64,000 nt of DNA, from the NCBI GenBank assembly GCA_029259155.1, contig JAPDJI010000006.1, positions 5,657 to 69,656 of the forward strand, read 5' to 3'. The number at the start of each line of letters is the position of its first letter. The stretch's first letter is position 1. The DNA is from Candidatus Methanomethylicia archaeon (GTDB lineage Archaea; Thermoproteota; Methanomethylicia; Nezhaarchaeales; B40-G2). This document shows, one piece after another, positions 19,496 through 28,180 of the stretch. The position numbers and the translations under genes were made by a program. The notes beneath the pieces were generated by a model that ran no database searches, was not told the DNA's origin, and saw nothing but the letters and a program-made list of their open reading frames with translations.

Positions 19496-19693
19496 CCTTT
19501 CAATAGGACCGAAGACTACTTTAGGTTTCTGCAGGGAGCTTCAAGGTCAAGCTTGCTTACGGTCTCCAACAAGTCTGGGATGAGAGGCTTGCGATGGATG
19601 AGGGAGGTTAATGAGTCCATCGCTAAGGGCTGAGGCCTAAAAAACCTTGATGAGACTAACTGAGGCTGGTAACATGAAACTTTATCTTTAGCA

Positions 19694-20764
19694 GTGCCGA
19701 AGTGGGGAGAGGTGTACCTTGTGAGGAGGGTGATCTATAACGTCACAGCTAAGTGTAATCTTCATTGTAGACACTGCTATGCTGCAGAGCTCCAAGGAGG
19801 TGTAGAGCTCTCTACTGATGAAGCTCTGGGGGTAGTTGAGGAAGTAGCTAGGTGCTTTGGGAAGGACACCAAGCTCATATTTAGTGGAGGCGAGCCTCTA
19901 CTTCGCGAAGACGTCTACGACCTTATAGAACATGCTTCAAGGCTAGGTTTACGGGCTTCGCTTGCTACCAATGGAACCTTAATCACTGAGCAAGTAGCTG
20001 AGAAATTAAGAAAATCGGGGTTGACTGAGGTTTCAATAAGCTTAGATGCGGCATCTCCCGAGATCCATGACCAGATCAGGGGGCAAGGGAACTTCGAGAA
20101 AGCTCTAGAAGGACTTAAAGCCTGTAGGAGAGCTGGACTTGAGATACTCATTGACCCCTGCGTGTTCAGTTTCAACGTTGAGCAAGTTCTAGAGCTTCTA
20201 GGTTTAGCTGAAGAGCTGGGAGCTAAAGGACTAAGAATTTTCCACTATATTCCCATGGGTAGAGGTAAACATGAGCTGCCTAGCGCGCAACTAACGACGG
20301 ATAAGTACAGTGAATGGCTTCAACGCCTCTACAACGAGCAACTACGTAAACCAAACATATCCATATACGTGACGCAGACCCCACAATACACACTGCTTCT
20401 AGCCAAGGGTGTAGAAACAGGTTCATCTATAGCCTCTAAGATGTATGAGGAGCTTAAACCGGGATGTAGAGCAGGAACCCACACGCTTTCAATTAAACAT
20501 AACGGCGACGTCACTCCTTGCCCGCTTTGGACGACAGCTCTCGGTAACCTCCGCTCTCAAAGTCTACGTGAAGCCTTAAACTCTGAGCTTGCCAGGAAGC
20601 TTAGAGATAAGCAGCGTTACCTGAAAGGTAAATGCGCCGACTGTATCTACGTTGATGTATGTGGCGGGTGCCGTGTAAGAGCCTATCAAGCTACAGGCGA
20701 TTACTTCAGCGAGGATCCATTATGTAGCGAAGTTTTCTATAAGCCTCGTGGCGAGGAGGCTTGA
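19694..20764 (+). CDS. Radical SAM enzyme with C-terminal SPASM domain (AhbD/PqqE/anSME-like maturase family)
   Basis: CNLHCRHCY radical SAM cluster motif; SPASM Cys pattern CRAGTHTLSIKHNGDVTPCP ... CADCIYVDVCGGCRVRA. Confidence 0.8.
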   Translation: MPKWGEVYLVRRVIYNVTAKCNLHCRHCYAAELQGGVELSTDEALGVVEEVARCFGKDTKLIFSGGEPLLREDVYDLIEHASRLGLRASLATNGTLITEQVAEKLRKSGLTEVSISLDAASPEIHDQIRGQGNFEKALEGLKACRRAGLEILIDPCVFSFNVEQVLELLGLAEELGAKGLRIFHYIPMGRGKHELPSAQLTTDKYSEWLQRLYNEQLRKPNISIYVTQTPQYTLLLAKGVETGSSIASKMYEELKPGCRAGTHTLSIKHNGDVTPCPLWTTALGNLRSQSLREALNSELARKLRDKQRYLKGKCADCIYVDVCGGCRVRAYQATGDYFSEDPLCSEVFYKPRGEEA

Positions 20765-21606
20765 ATAAGGCTAAGTTTGTTAGAATGGAGGCTAGACTCA
20801 AGAAGAAACTATACCGTGAAGTAGCGCTTAAGTCCCTTAAAGCGCTGATACATGATAGTGGCCCCTACTTTATCTTTGACTGCGGCTGCGGCGAAGCCTA
20901 CGAAGCGGTATATGGTTTCTTCCCAGTTCTCAGGCGCCTTAAGCTTAATGCCGAGATAACCATACTTCTACTCGACCTCTCAAAGAAAGCTTTGGAAAAG
21001 GCTTTACGTAAACTAAAACAGACTTCCTCAAAAGGGATCGTTGAAGTTTACGCTGTGGTCTGTGATGTAGCTCATTTACCCTTTAATAAGGTGGTGGTTG
21101 ATAGAGCGCTCGGCTTCTATGGATCAATACTTCACGAGCTATATATGCGAAAGTCTCTTAATGAAGCCTTGAGCGAAGCCAGAAGGTATTACAGGCTGAT
21201 GGCTGGCTATGACTACGTCGACCCAGACCCTCGAGGAGAATTTAAGATTAAAATAACCGACTTAAACGCTGATTTGAGGAAAAGAATCTTTAGGTTAGCC
21301 GAGAAGCTTGGAGAACAAGTCGATGATCTATGTAGGCTTTCTCTGGTCCTTGAAGCAGTGTATCAGCTTAGCTTTCCCGGCGGCCAACCTCTAAGTCACC
21401 TCCACTTTACTAGGAAGGCCTCCTCTATGCGCCGCCTCCTGAGCCGCCAAGGCTTAAGGTTAAGGTGGACGAAGAGATACGACATAGCTCCTGAAGTGGG
21501 CTTTAGGCTTAAGGCACTGGGGGCTGCTCATCTTTCCTTTCCCTTTCCGTTAAAGGGAAGATTAGCATGGCTTGCTGAGCGATATAAACACTCAAAAGAT
21601 TTTTAA
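20761..21606 (+). CDS. Class I SAM-dependent methyltransferase-like protein, translationally coupled to the radical SAM gene
   Basis: FIFDCGCGEAYEA resembles MTase motif I; 4-nt overlap with the upstream stop. Confidence 0.45.
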   Translation: MNKAKFVRMEARLKKKLYREVALKSLKALIHDSGPYFIFDCGCGEAYEAVYGFFPVLRRLKLNAEITILLLDLSKKALEKALRKLKQTSSKGIVEVYAVVCDVAHLPFNKVVVDRALGFYGSILHELYMRKSLNEALSEARRYYRLMAGYDYVDPDPRGEFKIKITDLNADLRKRIFRLAEKLGEQVDDLCRLSLVLEAVYQLSFPGGQPLSHLHFTRKASSMRRLLSRQGLRLRWTKRYDIAPEVGFRLKALGAAHLSFPFPLKGRLAWLAERYKHSKDF

Positions 21607-21669
21607 GTACGAAACAGCCCACCGAAAAAGTAAAGACTTGGTGTTGAGTAAGGAGGGAAGGTTGATCAT

Positions 21670-21999
21670 ATGAGTAAAGACCAAGCAGTAGGAGCACTCC
21701 TCGTCTTAATATCCATAGTAGTCATGGTACTATACATATGGTTAGTGTTCTTTCCAGGATATCCTCCAGGACTATTGCCTCCCGGCATAGATGTCATAAT
21801 ACTGAAGTTAACGGGCACCGTCGCCATAATCATAGTCTTCGGCATACTAGCATGGATAGGCTATACGCTCGCCACCACCCCACCGCCTAAACCTATTGAG
21901 GAGATAGAGAAGGAGCTCGAGGAGGAGCTAAAGGAAACCGAGAAGAAAGAACAGGAGAAACCTGAAGAAGCTAAACCTGAAGGAGAGGGAACTAGCTAA
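21670..21999 (+). CDS. Small membrane protein (2 TM) with acidic/lysine-rich C-terminal tail
   Basis: 109 aa; TM helices then PPKPIEEIEKELEEELKETEKKEQEKPEEAKPEGEG. Confidence 0.4.
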   Translation: MSKDQAVGALLVLISIVVMVLYIWLVFFPGYPPGLLPPGIDVIILKLTGTVAIIIVFGILAWIGYTLATTPPPKPIEEIEKELEEELKETEKKEQEKPEEAKPEGEGTS

Positions 22000-22089
22000 G
22001 GGAGTTTCCAACCCTACATTCTTACATTTATTTCTAGCTTAGCTTAAGGCGGACTGAAGCTTTTAAGGGGCTAGGTCGCAGTTTCACCT

Positions 22090-22752
22090 ATGGAGACCGA
22101 TGAAGGAGACCTTGCCAAGGTGGTTGAGGCTCTAAAACGTATTGATACCTACCCGGAAGAACTAGGCTTAGACTTAACTAAACCTGAAGGTAGGTTCAAG
22201 TGGCTGTTGGCATCTATCCTGTTCGCTAAACGTATACCGGTCGAGATCGCTAAACGTACCTTCAAGCGCTTCATGGAGGAGGGCTTAACAAGCCCTAAAG
22301 CCTTATTGAAGGCTGGCTGGAATAAGCTCGTTGAAGTACTCGATGCTGGAGGCTACGTACGCTACGATTTCTCCACGGCCTCCAACCTATTAGAAGCCAT
22401 GGAGACCCTTGAAAACCTAGGAGGCTTAGAGGAGCTCTACGAGACGTCTACGAGCCCTGTGGACTTGGAACGTAGATTGATGAGCCTTAAAGGTGTAGGA
22501 CCCACTGCGGTAAGTATTTTCTTACGGGAACTACGTGGAGTCTGGAGTAAAGCTAGGCCCAAGCTTTCAAGTTTCGCTTTAGAGGTCTCTAGAAAACTTA
22601 GGCTTCCTGAGGACCTAGCGGTGGTGCTGGAGCCTAGGCTGGTTAAACTTTTCATAGAGTACTGTAAACGTGGGCGCTGTCCATTATGTCCAGTTAAAAA
22701 CTTTTGTTGTGAAGAGGTTGCGAAAAAGTCGACAGGTAAAAGGCATGGTTAA
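22090..22752 (+). CDS. HhH-GPD superfamily DNA glycosylase-like protein with C-terminal Cys cluster
   Basis: LKGVGPTAVSIFLRELRG helix-hairpin-helix region; C-terminal CKRGRCPLCPVKNFCC resembling an Fe-S cluster loop. Confidence 0.5.
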   Translation: METDEGDLAKVVEALKRIDTYPEELGLDLTKPEGRFKWLLASILFAKRIPVEIAKRTFKRFMEEGLTSPKALLKAGWNKLVEVLDAGGYVRYDFSTASNLLEAMETLENLGGLEELYETSTSPVDLERRLMSLKGVGPTAVSIFLRELRGVWSKARPKLSSFALEVSRKLRLPEDLAVVLEPRLVKLFIEYCKRGRCPLCPVKNFCCEEVAKKSTGKRHG

Positions 22753-22761
22753 TAGGCCTTA

Positions 22762-23160
22762 CTATGTACTGAGCCTCTCCTTAACGAGGTCTAGGAACTC
22801 GCCTGCTTTCTTTACCTCGAACTGTATGAGCCCTGAATCTAAGATGTCTTCATGTAAGAGCTCTCCTTTAAACAGTCGGCTCCTAGCAATGAACCTCTCG
22901 TATAGTCCTCTCTTGGCGAGTTCAGGGTCGTTTCCTTCAAGCGACATTAGCAGCCTCCTCCTATCATAGTGACTTCTCGGAAGCTGAGAGTACAATTTGA
23001 GTATGAGTGCGTCAGCTGCCTGTATGACTGCTTCCCAAGCCCTCGAAGCAGCGTCTCGCATCTTTATCATGCTGTTCTCGGCGACGCCTTCCTCAAGACA
23101 TTTTAAGGCTTCTTTATAGAGTTGGGAGGCTGAACTTATTAGGCCATCCGAGGTCTCCAA
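22762..23160 (-). CDS. PaREP1/HEPN-like all-helical protein
   Basis: 132 aa; QLYKEALKCLEEGVAE...ASRAWEAVIQAADALI pattern typical of Thermoproteales PaREP1-family proteins. Confidence 0.4.
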   Translation of the reverse strand: METSDGLISSASQLYKEALKCLEEGVAENSMIKMRDAASRAWEAVIQAADALILKLYSQLPRSHYDRRRLLMSLEGNDPELAKRGLYERFIARSRLFKGELLHEDILDSGLIQFEVKKAGEFLDLVKERLST

Positions 23161-23316
23161 ACTTCCCAGCCCTTAGGCTGCTAGGTCTCCCTCTATTTAA
23201 GGTAGACGGCGTAGTGGAAAGTGAGGTATTACTATTACTTTTTCTAGCGGCTTCGCTAACAGGCCCTCGCCTCCTTTATATCCAAGCGCTCCTCAACAAC
23301 TATTTGTAAGTTAACC

Positions 23317-23985
23317 ATGCTTGACGTTAAAAGATGTAGGAGATGCGGTATTTATACCGAGCTTTCTGATCATTGCGGAGAGCCTTGCGACACGGTGTTA
23401 GAGGGAGGTATGAGGCTTAGGTTGAGTAGGTTTATGACTGCTCTATTGAGGCATGCTGCTCCCAAGTATGGCTTGTCGCTTGATCCTGAAGGTTGGGTTA
23501 GCCTTGGCAAGCTCCTAGGCGTGATGAGGTCTAGGTATCCTTGGCTGCGTGCGGAGCACCTACTTGCCGTGGCCCATACCGACCCTAAGGGTAGGTTTGA
23601 GGTGAGGGAGGGATTGATCAGAGCAAGGTATGGTCATACCTTACATGTGGAGCTAAGCTACCCTGAAGACCTGGAAATTAAGTTGTTATATCATGGGACC
23701 ACTTCATCCAAGGTCGGCACTATCCTACGTGAAGGCCTCAAGCCCATGAGGAGAAGGATGGTACACCTATCTCCTACCTTAGAGGATGCGTTAATCAACG
23801 CTTTAAGGTGGAGGCGAACACCATCAATCATAGTGGTGGATACTGATAAGCTTAGGAGTAGAGGTGTTAAGGTCTTCAGAGCCAGCCATAGAGTCTACTT
23901 GGCGAAATATGTGCCTCCCTCATGCATCGTCAAGGTAATAAAGGACATTAAACCTTATACATTTGAGCGTAGTAGCTTATCCTAA
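23317..23985 (+). CDS. kptA: RNA 2'-phosphotransferase KptA/Tpt1 with short N-terminal Cys-rich extension
   Basis: LSRFMTALLRHAAPKYGLSLDPEGWVSL, IRARYGHTLHV, LYHGTTSSKVGTILREGLKPMRRRMVHLS match Tpt1 motifs; N-terminal CRRCG...HCGEPC. Confidence 0.75.
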   Translation: MLDVKRCRRCGIYTELSDHCGEPCDTVLEGGMRLRLSRFMTALLRHAAPKYGLSLDPEGWVSLGKLLGVMRSRYPWLRAEHLLAVAHTDPKGRFEVREGLIRARYGHTLHVELSYPEDLEIKLLYHGTTSSKVGTILREGLKPMRRRMVHLSPTLEDALINALRWRRTPSIIVVDTDKLRSRGVKVFRASHRVYLAKYVPPSCIVKVIKDIKPYTFERSSLS

Positions 23986-23999
23986 GTAGGTGTTAGGAC

Positions 24000-24095
24000 A
24001 TGGCTAAGAAGAGGTTTTCTCGGATAGCAGGCTTAATGATAATGCTAATCCTGCTCCTCTCCATAGTAGCCTCCGCCATCCTCTTCATGATATAG
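24000..24095 (+). CDS. Candidate small membrane peptide (31 aa) upstream of rps25e
   Basis: ATG at 24000; MAKKRFSRIAGLMIMLILLLSIVASAILFMI: basic N-terminus plus one TM helix; below the 60-aa ORF-track cutoff. Confidence 0.25.
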   Translation: MAKKRFSRIAGLMIMLILLLSIVASAILFMI

Positions 24096-24143
24096 AGTTG
24101 GCTTAATAAACCACCACGTAACTCTATCCCTGGGTCGACCTAT

Positions 24144-24494
24144 ATGGGAGGAACCAAGAAGAAGAGCCTAAGCCAATTGGAGAAGCAGCAACAGCTTAAG
24201 GAGAAGAGGGAAAGGGAAAAGGCGGAAAGGGAGAAGCGTAAGAGGGAGGAGAAGGCGGAGAGAGATAGAAGCGTACGCATGTTAATAGCCTCTGATGAAC
24301 AGGTTAAAATCATAGAGCAGGAGGCGTTATCGAACGGTTACGTAACTCCCTACACCGTGGCTTCACGGCTTAATGTGAGGATAAGCGTAGCTAAGCTTCT
24401 CTTAAGAGACGTTGCGGCTCGAGGCATCATAAAACCAGTATCTAAGAGTTCTAGGACAATAATCTATGCTCCAGTCTCCGCTGCAAGCAGCTAA
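24144..24494 (+). CDS. rps25e: Ribosomal protein S25e
   Basis: Lys/Glu-rich N-terminus followed by the winged-helix region VTPYTVASRLNVRISVAKLLLRDVAARGII typical of S25e. Confidence 0.7.
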   Translation: MGGTKKKSLSQLEKQQQLKEKREREKAEREKRKREEKAERDRSVRMLIASDEQVKIIEQEALSNGYVTPYTVASRLNVRISVAKLLLRDVAARGIIKPVSKSSRTIIYAPVSAASS

Positions 24495-24609
24495 GAATAC
24501 ACTTAAACGTGAAGGCTGCGTGGTTATTATTGAAGGAATTAACTATTCTGGTTTAATCGGGGATCGCGGGATTTTTAAATGGGTATAGGTCTAAAGGTTT
24601 GGTGTAATT

Positions 24610-25146
24610 TTGCTCGATCTGCTTAGTGAAACATTCGAGCCTACAGGTGTTGGAAGCCTCCTCTTCTTGCTACTGCCTCTATTGATTTGTTGCTTAGCTT
24701 CAACCTTTCTACGTGGAGGCTCAGCTAGTCAAGCTCAAGCCACAACAGCTTTAGAGGTCGATTCATGGTTTACCCCTAAGAACATCAATGACGCGTTCAA
24801 TGAAGTATGTAAAGAAGTTGATAAATGGCGAGAACAATCTACAGCCTCAACCAGCGACAAAAAAGTGGTAGGACGTTTTCGGGTTTTACAATCCATCCCT
24901 CCAAGGCTTCATAGCGTATTTGATGAAAGAGAGGGTGAGATCACGTTTGAGTTGACCAAGGTTGAAGGGGGCGGTACATCGGTTAGGGTGAAGTATAGCC
25001 CAACAGCTAGGCAGCGTATATACGCGTTTAGGGCACAATCTGACGTTAAGGTTCCCTCGGCCTTAACGCTCAGTTGCCCTTCATGTGGTAGATCTGTTCT
25101 GAAAGACTATGAAGCGTGTCCTTATTGTGGAAGCAAGCTTAAGTGA
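24610..25146 (+). CDS. Membrane-anchored protein with C-terminal zinc-ribbon
   Basis: N-terminal TM/signal-anchor; C-terminal CPSCGRSV...CPYCGSKL. Confidence 0.4.
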   Translation: MLDLLSETFEPTGVGSLLFLLLPLLICCLASTFLRGGSASQAQATTALEVDSWFTPKNINDAFNEVCKEVDKWREQSTASTSDKKVVGRFRVLQSIPPRLHSVFDEREGEITFELTKVEGGGTSVRVKYSPTARQRIYAFRAQSDVKVPSALTLSCPSCGRSVLKDYEACPYCGSKLK

Positions 25147-25607
25147 TACATATGGCTGCTTTAAACTTAGAGAAGCTCATTGCTCACCGCCACTGGGTAA
25201 CGGTGAAGGTTGGCAGTAAGAGCATACGGGTTTGTGCCCGGTGTACAGGCTGTATAGTAGGCTTTTTCTCACTCCTCTTTCTCACTTTACATGTCAATTT
25301 CGAGTTTTTCAGAGCTTTATCACCGTATCTACAACTCACTGTATGTCTCCTTCTGGCGATGCCTGCAATGGTCGACTGGCTGACGCAGACCTACGGTTTA
25401 AGGAGCAGCACCAATAAATTAAGGATCATCACGGGATTCCTAGAAGGGATTAGTGTAGCCTTCCTATCCCTCGCTGCCATCCCCTTCATTATCAAGATGC
25501 TAACCTTGTTATCTATCGGTGGAGGAGCCTTCACTTTAGGTTTTCTTTTAAACTCCAAGTTTAATGGAGGGGAAAATGACACCGCGACTTCATTTAGTAG
25601 TCGCTGA
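25143..25607 (+). CDS. DUF2085-like membrane protein
   Basis: CARCTGCIVGFF motif and 4 TM segments; 4-nt overlap with the upstream gene. Confidence 0.5.
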   Translation: MIHMAALNLEKLIAHRHWVTVKVGSKSIRVCARCTGCIVGFFSLLFLTLHVNFEFFRALSPYLQLTVCLLLAMPAMVDWLTQTYGLRSSTNKLRIITGFLEGISVAFLSLAAIPFIIKMLTLLSIGGGAFTLGFLLNSKFNGGENDTATSFSSR

Positions 25608-25639
25608 AGTTTTACCACGAAGCACTCAGTAAGGATTGG

Positions 25640-26194
25640 CTAGGTAAACTCTGCGAGCGATAATCCTCTCCTAACTTTAGGCAACTTCTCTGTGGCGTTA
25701 ATTACCCCGCTAGGGGTTCTTTCGACGTAGCCTAGCTCTAACAGCTTCTTTAACACCTTGCCGGGGTCTTTTACGCCTAGAGCTTTAAGGTCGTCAAGGA
25801 ACCTCAGCTCACCTACGCTCCAGTAATCGTTAAGGTAAGCTACCGCAACCTCTAAGTCCTCCTTCACCTCTTCGAGCGTAAGTGTGGCTGGTGTAACTGT
25901 CTTCGCTACGGTTATGCTCGGCATTGGTTCAGGGGGTGAAGTTTCAGTTTTTAACAGCTTAACCACGCTGGGAGCTGCTAATCCATCTAATCCCTCGACT
26001 ACACGGTATCCTTGCGGGGCTTCAGCCACCCCTCTTGAAACCATCTCGTTCAATATTACCGCTACTACAAGCATCGATCCCATGTCTTCGCGCTGAGCCC
26101 ATTCAACGAGTTCTTCGAAGCTGGCTTCTCCACCTTTCTCCTCTATGGCTTTACGGTAGCGTTCTAGGAGCTTCTCAAAGGCGTCTTCGCTCAA
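25640..26194 (-). CDS. Hypothetical protein, probable tandem winged-helix fold
   Basis: 184 aa; co-directional with, and 38 nt downstream of, the Hjc-like gene. Confidence 0.3.
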   Translation of the reverse strand: MSEDAFEKLLERYRKAIEEKGGEASFEELVEWAQREDMGSMLVVAVILNEMVSRGVAEAPQGYRVVEGLDGLAAPSVVKLLKTETSPPEPMPSITVAKTVTPATLTLEEVKEDLEVAVAYLNDYWSVGELRFLDDLKALGVKDPGKVLKKLLELGYVERTPSGVINATEKLPKVRRGLSLAEFT

Positions 26195-26231
26195 AACAAG
26201 TCCTCCACTAGTCTCTCTGGAGACAGGAGGC

Positions 26232-26882
26232 TTAAACCTCCAACGCCTCTTCTTTATCTACATTAACACTTTCGATGAGCTTAAGCCTCTCTGCTTGTAG
26301 CCTCTCAAACTTAGCTCTCCTCTCATACTTCTTTCGCCGACTCCTAGCTATAGTTACGAATATCCTCCTAGACTTCTCTCTATACTCTACTCTGAGCGTA
26401 ACCTCCCTGTCCATCCACTCGTCTTTCATTAATATGTGTCTGACCTTTTTTCGGTGGGGGAACCTGACTACCACTATAGGTATGGCTGTAAACCCCCTCG
26501 TCTGAAGTTGATGATACTTTGCGTGAAGCTTAGCGTAGTCTTCAGGTCGAACGTGGAAGATGTCTCTCCTAGATACCTTACATTCTAATAGCTTAACCTG
26601 AGGCGCCTTGTTGAAGACTAGGATATCGACGCCTCCAAAGCTATGTTGGCTCTTAAAGACCACGCCTCCACGTTTAAACCTGTTATATAAGAACCTTTCA
26701 AAGCGCTCTCCATCAGGGTATATCTTCGACCTGTAAATGTAGCTCTTTAAAGTCTCTTCAAGCTTGTTTTTTGCTTCATCCACCCTGCCGTCCTCTAGAA
26801 GCTTTATGGCCTCTCCAAGCGCCCTATCGAAGCGATGATGGTAGAGCTTCACATCATCCGCCCCAGGGAGCCGGGTCAACAC
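26232..26882 (-). CDS. Hjc-like (archaeal Holliday junction resolvase family, PD-(D/E)xK) nuclease with N- and C-terminal extensions
   Basis: ERFLYNRFKRGGVVFKSQHSFGGVDILVFNKAPQVKLLECKVS matches the Hjc E...S-x-G-x-D...E-x-K catalytic core; 216 aa against about 135 for canonical Hjc; basic C-terminal tail. Confidence 0.45.
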   Translation of the reverse strand: MLTRLPGADDVKLYHHRFDRALGEAIKLLEDGRVDEAKNKLEETLKSYIYRSKIYPDGERFERFLYNRFKRGGVVFKSQHSFGGVDILVFNKAPQVKLLECKVSRRDIFHVRPEDYAKLHAKYHQLQTRGFTAIPIVVVRFPHRKKVRHILMKDEWMDREVTLRVEYREKSRRIFVTIARSRRKKYERRAKFERLQAERLKLIESVNVDKEEALEV

Positions 26883-26918
26883 TATATTAGAGTGCCACTT
26901 AGCTTTACCGGTTAACAG

Positions 26919-27440
26919 GTGGTTGCCGTGTTAATAGGGTTGATATCAGATACACATGACAATATTCACGCGATCAAGGCAGCCGTATCCTTCTTCAACA
27001 GCGAAGGCGTCGACCTTGTCCTCCATGCAGGGGACTACGTAGCCCCCTTTACTGCTGAATTTTTCAAGGAATTGAAGTGTAGGCTCATAGGCGTGTATGG
27101 TAATGTCGATGGAGATCGGGAGCTGTTGAAGGAGCGCTATATTAACATCGGGGCTGAGATCAAGGGGTTTATGGCTGTGCTTGACCTGTCAGGAATTAAG
27201 GTGGCCCTAATACATGGCTCACCTATGGAGCTTGTGAATGCTTTAGCTAAATGTGGAGAATACGACGTGGTGGTACATGGCCACACCCATAGAGCCCGCT
27301 GTGAAAAACTCGGTGTAACACTTGTCGTTAATCCAGGCGAGGCTTGCGGCTATTTAACTGGAAAGGGGACCATAGCGTTGTTAGAGCTGCCAGAGCTAAA
27401 GGTCAACCACGTAGTTCTACACGAACTAAATAAAAACTAG
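26919..27440 (+). CDS. Metallophosphoesterase, YfcE/MJ0936 family; ends with TAG
   Basis: GLISDTHDN, GDYV, GNVDG, GHTH motifs. Confidence 0.8.
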   Translation: MVAVLIGLISDTHDNIHAIKAAVSFFNSEGVDLVLHAGDYVAPFTAEFFKELKCRLIGVYGNVDGDRELLKERYINIGAEIKGFMAVLDLSGIKVALIHGSPMELVNALAKCGEYDVVVHGHTHRARCEKLGVTLVVNPGEACGYLTGKGTIALLELPELKVNHVVLHELNKN

Positions 27441-27448
27441 TTAAATAT

Positions 27449-28105
27449 TCACTGCTCACTACTTACTAAGGCTTCCAAGTCCTTTATGGCTTTTTCAGCC
27501 TCCTCGACATTTACTCCTCTCCCAGCTCCAACGAGGCCCGGCAACCCTCCAGCTACAGCTTCCTCTACGGTGTCGGCGGAAGGTATCTTGCCTTTAATCG
27601 CCACTGGTCTAGGTTCGAGGACAGCTCCTCTCACCGCTATTACGTCTTCTAGCGGTGTGGCAGCTATCATACCTACCACTTTATCTTCTAATTTAACTCT
27701 AAACACGTGGTCCCCTATGGTGGTAGTAGCTACCTTCTCTACTTTATAGGCGAGGCGCTTGGCTAAAGCCTCCTCCACTTCTGCTAAGGTTTTCTCTACG
27801 TGTTTCGCTACTTCTTCATCTGGTACACGTTTGAAGTATTCTATTTTCAAGGTGTTCAGCTTGAACCTGATCTTGCCATCCACGACCTCGTAATCCACCC
27901 TGGCCCTCACTACATCACCTTTATCCGACTCCAGCTTGTCTACGATGATCCTGTAAAGTACTTGATTAAGCTCAGCAGCAGCCCTAGCTATTTCTTTAGA
28001 GTCCACCTCTCCCTTAGCGACTGCTTCTCGTAGCTGGGCAAAGAGGGTTTTCTTGATCTTGTTGGCGTAAGCCCCTGCAATTATGAAGCCTGTACTTAGC
28101 TGCAA
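27449..28105 (-). CDS. Conserved archaeal hypothetical protein (218 aa)
   Basis: ORF with coherent composition; no assignable motif. Confidence 0.4.
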   Translation of the reverse strand: MQLSTGFIIAGAYANKIKKTLFAQLREAVAKGEVDSKEIARAAAELNQVLYRIIVDKLESDKGDVVRARVDYEVVDGKIRFKLNTLKIEYFKRVPDEEVAKHVEKTLAEVEEALAKRLAYKVEKVATTTIGDHVFRVKLEDKVVGMIAATPLEDVIAVRGAVLEPRPVAIKGKIPSADTVEEAVAGGLPGLVGAGRGVNVEEAEKAIKDLEALVSSEQ

Positions 28106-28180
28106 GTCTTTTCACCTCTCCTCTTTTTAATGAATAGGGGGATAAGGCTTTTAAGGTTGATAGTGATGCTGCTGCTGGCT

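Noticed and set aside
19640-19670. C/D box sRNA-like motif (cttgatgagactaactgagg: UGAUGA ... CUGA)
   Set aside because: Only about 7 nt separate the C-like and D-like boxes, and no C' or D boxes or terminal stem follow. This is too short for a guide region and is most likely chance.
27486-27749. ORF 27486..27749+ as a C-terminal readthrough extension of the metallophosphoesterase
   Set aside because: It is the antisense frame of the 27449..28105 minus-strand gene and is Ser/Thr/Ala-rich. The YfcE-family domain is complete before the TAG.
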